This document shows positions 42,978 to 55,741 of a stretch of DNA of 64,000 nt, piece after piece (positions within the stretch are counted from its first letter, which is position 1; each line of letters starts with the position of its first letter). The position numbers and the translations under genes are program-made. This stretch comes from Eledone cirrhosa (lineage: Eukaryota), in NCBI GenBank assembly GCA_964016885.1, contig OZ024747.1, forward strand, positions 20,026,001 to 20,090,000. The letters are read 5' to 3'. The notes beneath the pieces were generated by a model, which was not told the DNA's origin, did not search any database, and saw nothing but the letters and a program-made list of their open reading frames with translations.

Positions 42978-45900
42978 ATGTCTAACCTAAACAGTTCGAA
43001 TAACGGTGAAATGGAGACTAGAATGTCATGTGACAGACTCTCACCCAACAGGTGCTCCCTGGCTCAGCAGCAGGGACCTGGCTGTCAACCAAATGCTGCT
43101 GGTGTCGGAGAAAGAAGAAGGAAAGGGACCAGAACCAACTGGACGAAAGAATTGAATAGAACCGTTATGCAATGTTACCTGAAGAGTAACCCCAAGGAGA
43201 AAGGATGCAGAAAAAGCATGCATAACATCTGGAACGAGATTGGTCCATTTAAATTAGATGAACAAAAACTGGCCGGGCAGGCTCGGGTAATAAGAACTAA
43301 TGGGTGGATAAGCGAGCTGGAACTGGAGGAACTGAGCAGAGAGATTAGCTTGGAGATGGAGGGTGGAGTATACCAGGCAAACGAGCCAGTGGGAAATGAA
43401 GGTGAAGAGGTCGAGAGAACGGAGGAACCACCCGAAGCAGACAATGATCTGAATGCTGTGATAAATAATACCTGGAACAGAGATATGGCCACTGAGGAGA
43501 TGAATGCTGACGGGCTAGGACAAGATTTTGGTAGATATCCTAAACTTAGTGGTAGATGAATTGAACAATGATAGTGGGAGACCTATGAACCTAAGATTTG
43601 TAGACAGGAAAAATTTAAAAGAAACAACAGCTAAGGTAAACAAAGTCATCCCATACTTTGAGGCGAGGAACCTTCACCAGTACAACAATATCCTCAAAGC
43701 AACAGCAAATACGGCGAGGAAACTACTTGGTATAAAGGCGAGAGGAAACAACAGACAAGAAAGAGCAGAGCCTTGGTGGAAGAAACGACTGAGTGATCAA
43801 ATCAGGGAAATGAGAAATGACATTGGAAAGCTTGAGTCCCTACTGAATGGGACACTAAAAAAAAAAAGACACTAAAAATAGACTGGAAATAAAGTGCAAA
43901 ACTAGGAGGAAAAAGCTAAATATTATCATAGAGGAACTGAAGCAACGCATTGTAGCAAAGAGTGCAAAAATCAGGCGATACGAGAACAGAGTCAGTCAGT
44001 ATAGACAGAACCGCATGTTCGACAACAACCAGAAGATTCTGTTTGGACAGCTTGAAGGGAAAGAAAGAGGCAACGACTTGATCCCTGAGGCGGAACAAAC
44101 TAAAACATTCTGGAGAGGAATATGGGAGCAGGATGTTAAATATAATGACCCGGAAGTGTGGATTGAGACAGTACAGAAGGAGATCAGTGAACAGACACAC
44201 CAACAAACTGATTTGAGTATCACAGTTGAAACTCTTAAGGGGCAGGCCAAAAAACTAACCAACTGGAAATCACCTGGCCCAGATGGTGTGCAGGGGTATT
44301 GGATTAAAAACATAACATCCCTCCACCCGAAACTGACAACCATGTTCAATGACTGCTTGATGCCAGGTGAGGTACCAGAGTGGTTGACAAAAGGTACCAC
44401 AGTTCTGATAATGAAAGACCGAATACCAACTATAGACCTATCACATGTCTGTCCGTAATGTGGAAACTGTTGACAAGCATTATGTCTGAGGAAATCTACC
44501 ATCACCTCCACACAAACAACTTGTTATCGTACGAACAGAAAGGATGCCGAAAGAAGTCACGTGATACAAAGGACCAGTTACTTATTGATAAGATGCTAAT
44601 GAGGAATTGCAAGAGGAGACACACTGGTCTTGCCATGGGATGGATAGACTACAAAAAGGCATTTGACATGGTGCCTCATTCTTGGATCACCAAAAGCCTG
44701 GAGATCTTCAAGGTGGCAGATAACATCAGACAGTTGTTGGGCAAACAGAGTTAACATCAGTCCTGGGAAACAGAGTTAACATCAACTGGAGAATCCTTGG
44801 GAAGCGTGAAGATCAAGAGAGGTATCTTCCAGGGAGATAGTCTGTCCCCTCTGTTGTTTGTCCTGCCCTGATGCCCCTGACCAGTGTACTGCGAAAAGTG
44901 AGAGCAGGATACAGGTTGGGAAAGGGAGGGCTTACCAACAATCACCTCCTCTTCATGGACGATCTTAAGTTCTTCGGGAAGGGTGAGAAGGATTTGGATG
45001 TGCTTGTTGACACTGTCCGTATTTTCAGCAATGATATATGTATGCAATTCGGTATTAGTAAGTGTGGAGTCATTGTGATGAGGAGGGGTAAGCTGAGCAG
45101 AAGTAACGGAATCCAGATACCAACAGGTGAGATGATAAAGGAAATTGACTCTGAGGAAGTATACAAGTATTTGGGCGTTCTGGAGGTTGATGACATCAAG
45201 AACAAAAAAATGAAGGAATTGATGAGAACTGAATACCTGCCGAGAGTAAGGAGCGTATTAAAGTCAAATCTGAACAGTAGGAATGCCATAAGTGCAGTAA
45301 ATTCCCGAGCTGTGTCTATTATTAGGTACAGTGCGGGAATTCTGAGATGGAATGTTGGTGAACAAAAAGAAATGGATAGGAAGACTAAGAAGCTATTGAC
45401 TATCTACAATATGTTTCACAAGAGGAGTGATGTCGATAGACTCTACTTAAGGAGATCTGAAGGTGGGAGTGGTCTTATCAGCATAGAGGACTGTGTTCAG
45501 ATGGAGAAAAACAACCTACACAAATACGTGACTGATAGTAAGGAGCCAATTCTCAGAACTGTACTGAAGGAGGGGACAATAGGCCAGGGGATGTCCAAGG
45601 AGGAAATAACATCAAGGAGAAAGAGCAGCCTTCAGGGAAAATCCCTTCATAGTACCTTCTTTGAGAAAACTGAATTTAGAGATCCACAGACATGGAACTG
45701 GTTGAAAAGCGGAGACCTTAAAAAGGCTACAGAAGGAATGTTAATGGTTGCGCAGGAGCAGGCCCTCAAAACGAAGTGGTTGAAACACCACATTTACAAG
45801 GAGAAGGCTAGCCCACTGTGCAGGTTCTGTGGAGAGAGAGAGGAGACTGTGGCTCACATTGTATCCGAGTGTAAACACCTAGCCCAGACTCACTATAAGG

Positions 45901-46391
45901 GCTGGAGACATGATGTGATGGGCAGGGTGATCCACTGGCACCTATGCAAAGTAAACAATTTACCACATTCTGAGAAGTGGTATGAGCATAAGCCAGAGGC
46001 GGTGATAGAAAACGATCAGGTGAAGGTGCTGTGGGATTTTAGGATACAGACGGACAAGAAACTGGAACTCAATAGACCTGACCTGGTGGTTTTGGACAAA
46101 GAAAAAAGATCGTGCCTGATTGTGGATGTGGCCTGCCCATTCGACACGAGAGTGCAAGAGAAGGAGGGGGAGAAAATTAACCGATACCAGGACTTAAAGT
46201 GGGAGGTAAAAAGGATTTGGAACTGCCATGAAGTCAAAGTGATCCCGATTGTCATAGGCGCAATAGGGACTATCTCAAAAAGTTTCCAGGGATGGTTAAA
46301 GAAAATTGGCCTCTTCACGGTTTTTGGAACGCTTCAAAAGGCATGCTTGCTGGGAACAGCAAGAACCCTCCGATACGTCCTGAATATCTGA
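42978..46391 (+). pseudogene. Dong/R4-clade non-LTR retrotransposon single ORF (RT, CCHC, restriction-like endonuclease), frameshifted; (TAA)n tail to 46517
   Basis: WTKELN N-terminal motif, EPWWKKRL, NWKSPGPDG, YRPITCL, IDYKKAFD, HLLFMDDLK, CRFC..H..SEC, RHD, RPDLVV..D. Confidence 0.92.
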
Positions 46392-46474
46392 GGCTGCAGG
46401 TAGTGGCTTGATATTCATTTCAACAAACTTTCCTGTTAACTAACATCAATGACTGAGACTCAAAGAGTAATAAC

Positions 46475-46516
<42 letters not shown>

Positions 46517-46517
46517 T

Positions 46518-47281
46518 AAAAAAATGGATGCAACACATTATGCCGTGTATGTAAAATCAACCAGAGACCATTGATCATATAATGTCAATGTGCAGCCCAA
46601 TAGCTCCAACCGAATACCTAAACAGGCACGACAGAGCTGCACAATACATACATTGGATAATGTGTAAGCATTTTGACCTGCCCCATCAAACGAATTGCTG
46701 TGAGCATAAACCACCTCCCGTACTTGAAAAAGATCATATCTCAATCTTGTGGAAATTTAGCATCCAAACAGACTGAAAAATAGATGCAAATAGACCTGAT
46801 ATAATACTGAAGGACTTTAAAAAGAGGGTATGCCTGCTAATTGATATGTCCGTTCTAATAGACAAGAATGTATATATAAAAATATTTGAAAAATTGAGCA
46901 AGTATAAAGACCTGGAGATAGAAATTGGAAAAATGTGGAAGGTGAGAACTAAAACAATACCAGTGGTTGTAGGCGCTCTAGGAATGATACCTAAGGCGTC
47001 TAATGATTACTTATCCCAAATCCCAGGAAACCCGCGTATAGGAGAAATACAAAAGATAGTACTAATGGGTACAGCCCATATACTAAGGAAGATTCTGTCA
47101 ATATAAGTACATCACAAGTCTAAACACCTAAAGATGCATGTGTGTGTATGTGTGTTCTTTCTTGAACATGGCGGTCTTTGTTGTCTCTTGGGGTCACTGG
47201 TTGTGACTTGGTGATAACATGTATGAACATAAAGCAAGATAAATGAAATAATAATAAGAAGAATAAGAATAAGAATAATAA
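46518..47281 (+). mobile_element. Second, divergent Dong/R4-type 3' fragment
   Basis: CRVCK..ETIDHI..C, YLNRHD, NRPDII, KYKDL, KTIPVVVGALG; ends in (TAA/TAAGAA)n. Confidence 0.85.
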
Positions 47282-47580
47282 TTTCCATTTGCTTTCAAGT
47301 AAAGAGCCACATAACGCTATGTATGTTCTAGGCGATCAAAGTCACTCTTTTGTACCAGTGGTAGCAGAGAGAAAATCAATGTACAATTATTTCGGTGTTT
47401 ATCAGGATTGTGTATTTTTCCCTATATTGATACACACTAGAACGTTTGAGAAAATATAGTATTCTCTAAAGAAAATATTGCCTGTTTAACCTAATTTGCA
47501 TACCGATAGATTCTACAACTGGCTTTGCAGAAAATTTATAAAACATAATTTGTTTTCGATCTAACATATTTTCGTGTATG

Positions 47581-47663
<83 letters not shown>

Positions 47664-48137
47664 GTACATACATATACGCACGCCATCCATCTCTCACTTA
47701 CATGCATATATCGCACCAAACACATATACACATACACATATACATATATACATATATTTGTGTCTGTATTATTCTATATGTCCTATATGTTCTAGTACAT
47801 ATGGGTGAGATACTCTGCAAACTGACATAAGTAATGACGTTTAGTGAAAGGTTTTCGTCGTTATACAAACTAAAAAAATATATGAGGAATTAATAAATAA
47901 TTAAATATGGAAAAAAAATGATAGAAAAAAAGAATAGAACTTGTGAGGAAGATATTAATTTAGAAAAAAAACGTAGTGAGAGAAGAAGGTATGGAAAGAA
48001 AACACGTTGGTCTTTACTCTTTGATGTAATTTCCAGAACTTGTGGAATGCTTTCTATTTCCTGGGAAAAATTAGTTGTCTTCGACTTCAAACAGAAATGT
48101 ATGTATGAATATATGTATGTATGTATAAATACTCCCT

Positions 48138-48297
<160 letters not shown>

Positions 48298-48385
48298 ATA
48301 TATACATATATATATATATATACCTATATATATATATATGTATATGTATATATATACTTATATATATATATATATATACACACGC

Positions 48386-48437
<52 letters not shown>

Positions 48438-49105
48438 TAGAAAAAGGTAGTTTACGGAACGGAATCTGTTTTGGTGCAAATTATCTTCTTTTTATCATAT
48501 TTTCTCTGGGCGAATTTTTGTTTATATAATATTTTCTATTAAAGAAACTAGTAATAAAAAACATGCTTATAATAATAAGTATTGTACACAATAACGGATC
48601 ACTTTTAAGTCTGACATTCAGGATATCTGTTGATAGATACAATATGAAAAACATTCACGAAACAGCCAAAATATTTATAATATTTTATTGGCTTTATCAT
48701 GATAAATGTTATTTTTCATTGTTACTTTGTAGATTATATTGTGTTATGTCTTTGAAGAGTATCATATGACTTATAAACTAGCAGTACATTATAAGGGTAA
48801 TGTGGTGGTTGATATATGGGAGTATATGTAAATATATATACGTACCCCCCCCCCCCTCACACACACACATACATATATATATATATAATAAAGAGAGACA
48901 AATACAGAGATGTATGCGTTCAAATCACAAGGGACGTAAATCGCCGCGGTGCAAAATATACTGACTAAAGATAATACGGTTCACAAGACTCAATTAAAAG
49001 GATCAATTAAGATTTACAAACTGATTATTGATAACTTTCAACATCCAGACAGCTTTGGGTAGAACTGTTTCGCAATTCAGTGGAGAGAGTTTTTAACTCA
49101 TTATA

Positions 49106-49304
49106 GGGCGGTGGATTGGCAGTATCGGTAGAGGGACGGACGCCATGCTTTCCAGCATAGTTACGTCCCTTTACGATCTGAGTTCAAATCCCGCCGAGGT
49201 TGACTTTGCCTTTCATCCTTACGGGGTCGATAAAATAAAGTACCAGTGATACACTGGTTAATTGTTGGCCTTGTGCCTAACGTAGAAACAATTATATACT
49301 TTTG

Positions 49305-49352
<48 letters not shown>

Positions 49353-49793
49353 GTTTCTACTTTAGGCACAAGGCCAGAAATTACCCAGTGCATCACTGGT
49401 ACTTTATTTTATCGACCCCGTAAGGATGAAAGCAGTCGATAAAATAAAGTACCAGTAATGCACTGGTTAATTGTTGGCCTTGTGCCTAAAGTAGAAACAA
49501 TTATATATCCCGCTTTTACTTCGGTCCAGTTTACATACGGGTCAATTTTACGACCTTTCAGACCTTTATTAGCTGGCAGGAGGTTGTATATTTTGTCGTT
49601 CCTGGGACGTTTAGCCCTAGGAAGGGAAAATGCTTCTCTGATGAGCTTTGGTTTTCCATCATAAATCCATTGGATTTATGAGGTTTTACAAAGCGAAACT
49701 GATCAGTAAGGGCCACTAGGAGAGGTAAATATTTATATTATATTTTTTAATGTATTTTGAAAAATTGATTGAATTTTACTTGTTCTGCTTATC

Positions 49794-49852
<59 letters not shown>

Positions 49853-50102
49853 GTTTCTACTTTAGGCACAAGGCCACCAATTACTCAGTGCATTACTGGT
49901 ACTATATATATATATAATTGTTTCTACTTTAGGCACCACAAGGCCAGCAATTAACCAGTACATTACTGGTACTTTATTTTATCGACCCCGTAAGGATGAA
50001 AGGCAAAGTTAACCTCGGCGGGATTTGAACTCAGAATAGCAAGGGCCGTAACTCTATGCGTCAAATATGACGTCCGACCCTCTACCGATACTGCCAATCC
50101 AC
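49106..50102. mobile_element. Cluster of family-A SINE copies, including a SINE foldback at 49349-49502
   Basis: Copies at 49106-49293(+), 49349-49432(-) fused to 49435-49502(+), 49848-49903(-) and 49916-50102(-); (TA)n spacers. Confidence 0.85.
49632..49713 (+). ncRNA. Type-I hammerhead ribozyme, intact core
   Basis: TTCT-CTGATGA-[GCTTTG..TCATAAATCCA t TGGATTTATGA..CAAAGC]-GAAA-CTGATCAG-TA-AGGG; palindromic stem III ACTGATCAGT. Confidence 0.85.
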
Positions 50103-50509
50103 TATATATAATAATAATAAATTTGACTCATAAATTTGAAGACTAAAATCCAATTGTTCCCAACGCTCCACATATGACGTATTATCTTCGTTTTTTTCGT
50201 TCACTGCCAGAGAACGTCTCTATGAACACCTAAGAGAACATTAGTCTACGACTTCTTTTATACCATAAACGTGGTAATTTTTTTTCACCGCTCCTATTAT
50301 TGACGTATTATATTCGTTTTTTCTCGTTCTTTGCCAGGGAACGTTTCCACGAACCAAAGTATCGTCTTCCTGTCTTCCTCCGGTTGCAACGTTTTTTTAA
50401 AATATCCACTTCTGCGTTTACTGATTGACTTTGTTAGTTTCAGAAGATCCCGTTAAGGGTGAACGGATTGAGCAATAAATCTCCTATGTAACACCTTCAC
50501 TTTGTTCTG

Positions 50510-50546
<37 letters not shown>

Positions 50547-50578
50547 AGATCAAAAGATGGTTAAAGGAGTTCCATGTA

Positions 50579-50645
50579 TTTTATTATGCGCATTTCAAAA
50601 ACAAACATCATCATGCAATAATATTTGTGTTTTCATCAGATAAAA
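50579..50645 (-). ncRNA. Type-I hammerhead ribozyme, intact core
   Basis: TTTTAT-CTGATGA-[AAACACAAATATTA..TGATGTTTGTTTTT]-GAAA-TGCGCA-TA-ATAAAA; palindromic stem III ATGCGCAT. Confidence 0.85.
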
Positions 50646-50766
50646 CAGGAGAACATGATATGAAGGCTAAAAAACACTTGTGGATAGTGCAGTTTAAATC
50701 AACATATATTGTACTACAATAAAACTCACCTCCTACATATATATATATATATATATATATTTATTA

Positions 50767-50822
<56 letters not shown>

Positions 50823-50935
50823 TCCATATATATATCCTCCATACATATATATATATATACATATATATATAGATATATATATATATATATATAAGTGTGA
50901 AAGCAGCGATTCTTTGCTTAAACTTTAATCTGTCA

Positions 50936-50974
<39 letters not shown>

Positions 50975-50977
<3 letters not shown>

Positions 50978-52245
50978 CAGAACAAAGTGAAGGTGTTACA
51001 TAGGAGATTTATTGCTCAATCCGGGTTACAAACATTTCTCAAGCAGCCTGCTCGTGATCTGAGATTGCATCCTCAGACCAGTATTAACATATCAAGATTA
51101 TAGAAAAGATAGGTGGAGGATTGGCAGTATCGAAAGAGGGTTGGACGCCATGCTTTCCAGCAAATAGTTACGTCCCTTTAAGGTCTGAGTTCAAATCCCG
51201 CCGAGGTTAACTTTGCCTTTCATCCTTACGGGGTCGATAAAATAAAGTAACAGTAATGCACTTGGATAATTACTGGCCTTGTGCCAAAAGTAGAAACAAT
51301 TATAGAAAAAACACAAACAAACATATAGAAAGGTCAAACACGGGACTAGAATTCAATGGGCGCACTTATCCCGAGCATTACAAGAAAAAACCCTTATAAA
51401 GAAATAGAAAAAACCAAAATTAACAGATATAAATAAAGAAATAAAGAAATACACCCACGTATACATGATGACACACATACACACATATGTGCAAGAAATG
51501 CCTACGCACACAGACTCTCTCACACATATACATACACACATTCTCACACACACTCATGCATATATACAAACACACTGGCAAATACATACATATATACACA
51601 TCACAAAAATAAACTCACAAAAAATGCAAGAAAAAGGTTGTTGTTAGGCCCATTACGCGTTCCAGTGTACTGGGACGCGTAATGGGGCTACCATAGCATG
51701 ACAGGTTCGTTAGTTCCCTAAGTATGACAGTGGCCCTTCGCTTGCGCCCACCTGCAAGATGGGCGAACAGGTGGGTCTTTCGATGCATACAATTTCTCAG
51801 AAGCTCGAACCTACAGTTGAACGCCCGCCCGCGTTACCTGAGGATCTCCACACTCTCGCAGATACAGAGCCGTCAGGCGTCACTGCCCAGCACCCCGGGG
51901 GCCGCAAAGCGGAAGTTTCAGTTCCCGTCCTTGAGCCTCCACACGCAGTCGATTAGACTAGTGTTGGAGCTGTTGTTTCTGTGTCTAAAAGAGCACATGT
52001 GGTTGTGGAAGAAGAATCTTGAACTCGGTGCTTGTTGAGCAGACAAACACGCAAATCCCTCTCTTTCGGTGGAGACCGTGCAGCTGTAGACCACTCTTGA
52101 GACTCTACAGCGGCTGTCACAGGGTGATCTGCAGTTACAGCCCGTAAGAGCTCTGCCAGGCTTACCGTAGGGTATGGTGTTCGATGCGAAAGAGGGGATA
52201 TGCACTGGGGCTTCCGATCATTTACGACGAGTTTACTGAACGTTC

Positions 52246-52250
<5 letters not shown>
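50975..52250 (-). mobile_element. Degenerate Penelope-like 3' fragment: GIY-YIG remnant ~51800-52250 and HHR 51021-51081
   Basis: CNCRSPC...RVVYSCTV...HNHMCSFRH, similar to ORF 57447-58157; GGT-CTGAGGA-[..]-GAAA-TGTTTG-TA-ACC; nested SINE with TSD ATTATAGAAAA. Confidence 0.75.
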
Positions 52251-52285
<35 letters not shown>

Positions 52286-52292
52286 TATATAC

Positions 52293-52387
<95 letters not shown>

Positions 52388-52945
52388 TAAATGTAATCTG
52401 AGTTTTTCGAATATTTATAATAACATTCGATTCGTTTGCAATAATGCAAACAAGCCTCAATTTTATAGCCATGTCAGTAGAATAAACACTTCATTCTTGC
52501 TCTTATGTTTGTATGCGAACAGAACTGCAGATACTAATGTTTCTGGGAATCACCCTTCATTAGTATAGCTCCTGTTCACCTGCCAAACTGTCAGAGCTAG
52601 TGAAATTATATGATATTTTCAAAAATACAGTGACTGATCGGCCTGAATTGCATATTAGCAGACTGGCTGATCAGTTAGATCTGCATATTATCAGATCTGC
52701 TGATCAGCCAGATTTGCATATCAGCAGACTGGCCAGTCAGTTTCCTGTATACGAGCGATAAATGCCCGGCTTTGCCAAATTCAAATAAAAACAAAAATTT
52801 CGTTCTACATGGCTGAATACAATAAATGTAATCTGTGTTTTTCGAATATTAATAATAACATTCGATTCGTTTGCAATTATGCAAACAAGCCTCAATTTTA
52901 TAGCCATGTCAGTAGAATGAACACTTCATCCTTGCTCTTATGTTG
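52388..52945 (+). repeat. ~120-bp direct repeats (52388-52508, 52822-52943) around a ~33-bp degenerate tandem repeat (52630-52742)
   Basis: ATAAATGTAATCTG...TTGCTCTTATGTT occurs twice; TGATC..TGCATATTAGCAGACTGGC occurs 3-4 times. Confidence 0.75.
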
Positions 52946-53272
52946 GCAACCATCCTTTAACAAATCTAATGGGGACAGCACTTCCCTTTAGACCCTCACC
53001 TTCCTTTAAAAATGGAACTTGCAAAGTTGATGAAAGCCTGAATATTTTGAGAATAGGTATTAGCATGCGAGTTAATGCACACGTTTTTCGTTATGAGTCT
53101 CCATATAAACTGTTATGAGACTATATTCTGTAGTCAATATACGGTGAGACTATTTGTTTCTATTTCAAATATATAATATTACCTCTCCTTTACATTCACC
53201 TTAGTGTGATATTTATTCGACTTTGTGATTTTGCATCCCTGTCTTTGTGTTATTGCTTCAAATATATATATA

Positions 53273-53773
53273 TAATTGTTTCTACTTTTGGCACAAGGCC
53301 AGCAATTACTCAGTGTATTACTGGTACTTTATTTTATCGACCCCGTAAGGATGAAAGGCAAAGTTAACCTCGGCGGGATTTGAACTCAGAATGGCAAGGG
53401 CCGTAATTCTATGCGTCAAAGCATGACGTCCGACCCACTACCGATACTGCCAATCCACCACCCTGGATATATATAATTGTTTCTACTTTAGGCACAAGGC
53501 CAGCAATTACTCAGTGTATTACTGGTACTTTATTTTATCGGCCCCGACCCCGTAAAATAAAGTACCAGTAATGGTACTTAACCCTGGATATTTATAATTG
53601 TTTCTACTTTAGGCACAAGGCCAGCAATTACCCAGTGCATTACTGGTACTTTATTTTATCGACCCCATAAGGATGAAAGGCAAAGTCAACCTCGGCGGGA
53701 TTTGAACTCAGATCGTAAAGGGACGTAACTATGCTGGAAAGCATGGCGTCCGACCCTCTACCGATACTGCCAA
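53273..53773 (-). mobile_element. Tandem trimer of family-A SINE; middle copy truncated with a small inversion
   Basis: Units start at 53273, 53474 and 53596, joined by ACCCTGGATAT. Confidence 0.85.
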
Positions 53774-54732
53774 TATATATATAATAATAGTGGTTAAGAC
53801 GTGATTATTTCAACATAATTATTTATTGGATGATATATATTTATGTTACATGGTTATGCATGTGACTTCATCAGATTCTTATGTAATCATAGATGCATTT
53901 ATGCAGTTATGCAAGCATTGGGTTATGCTGCTGGCCATGTGTCCCTATCCTGTTGTGATGATAGCAGGTATCCTCTGCAACAATAAATAAATGTATATAT
54001 ATAGTTACCGATATTTGAGTATTCATAATGTCAAAAGAATGAGTCCTCGATATATAAATATTGAAGAAGACATTAACAAAAATATTTAGGTTTCCATATG
54101 TTAGTCCAATAGGGCAGTGAATTGGCAGTATCGGTAGAGGGTCAGACATGCTTTCCAGCGTAGTTACGTCCCTTTACGATCTGAGTTCAAATCCCGCCGA
54201 GGTTAACTTTACCTTTCATCCTTACGGGGTCGATAAAATAAAGTACCAGTAATGTACTGGGTAATTACTGGCCTTGTGCCAAAAGTAGAAACAATTATTT
54301 TAGTGATTCGCTCATATAGAATAATCTCAGTCATGAGGTTTTGAAAATGTATGTTTCCGGAATTTGTTCACTTCCGTTGTTTAAACAATAGAAAAGAAAT
54401 TCTGGTCTAAGTTAGGATACTCAGTGTTGACATTGTGAAGAGATGATAATCATATTTTTATTCAGGGACGGCTATATTATGATAAAGAATATGTAAATCC
54501 TTTTATGCAGTTCAATAATATCAACAAAGAGTAGCATCCCTTAGGGCAGAGAAAAATAAATTTGTCAGTTATATAAACACCGGAAATACACTAAATCCCG
54601 GAAGCACACACTTTAAAGAAGAAGTGAGGATTGAGAATAATCCATACGATCAAATCAACTTCAATGATTGTATTGGTGAACTGAAATACATCACAAAACT
54701 GAAGTTATATATATATATATATATATATAAAA

Positions 54733-54777
<45 letters not shown>

Positions 54778-55447
54778 GTGTATTTATTTGTGTGTGCGTG
54801 TGTGTTTATGTGTGTGTGTGAGAAAGACAAATGTGATTTTTTTTAATTATAAAATGTTCATGTTTCCTTTAAGTACATTACAGTTTGTTTGGAAAGATAT
54901 ATTTCCGGAATCCATCACGTATGTTTCCCAGATGACCGTATATTATTGATTTCTGACGCATATTGTATTTATAGATTTATTTATTTACGTTTTTACTTAC
55001 TGTTACGCTATCTACTTGTTTAGTGAATTCATGTGTAATTGCAGTTTTTTGGATTATTATTGGGTGGAGGAGGTTATGGGAATACTTGTGAATTTCTACA
55101 GTGAAATATATCTCTGCTGGGGTGATTTCTCATAAGATGTTGGGAATTTCAAGGGGCTCATATTAGTGCATTTTCATTTCAATTTGTTGAATCTATCATT
55201 CTGGATCATTGAAATGTTGCAAGGGATCCGTAAGGGAATATGAAAATCACAATTGAAATAAAATACAAATCTAGAGCATAGTCGTTTTTTCTTTAAATAT
55301 AATACATCTAAAAGAGAAGTCGGTTCTCTTTATACAGAAACACAGAGACACAGAGACATAAATAGCAACACACAGACATTGACATGTACCCACACAAACA
55401 AACTAAAGCAAGTACACACCAACATACACATACACACACACCTATAA

Positions 55448-55502
<55 letters not shown>

Positions 55503-55594
55503 TGTGTGTGTGTGTGTGTGTGTTAAGTATTTCCGAAGAAAAAGCAAAGGAAAAAAGAGAGCTTTATGTATGACATATAATAATATAATAATAA

Positions 55595-55715
<121 letters not shown>

Positions 55716-55741
55716 ATATATTCATATATATATATATATAT

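Noticed and set aside
53828-53878. Minus-strand HHR-like motif CTGATGA-[GTCACATG..CATGTAAC]
   Set aside because: GAAA is mutated and stem I is poor; probably a decayed HHR, so not listed as a feature
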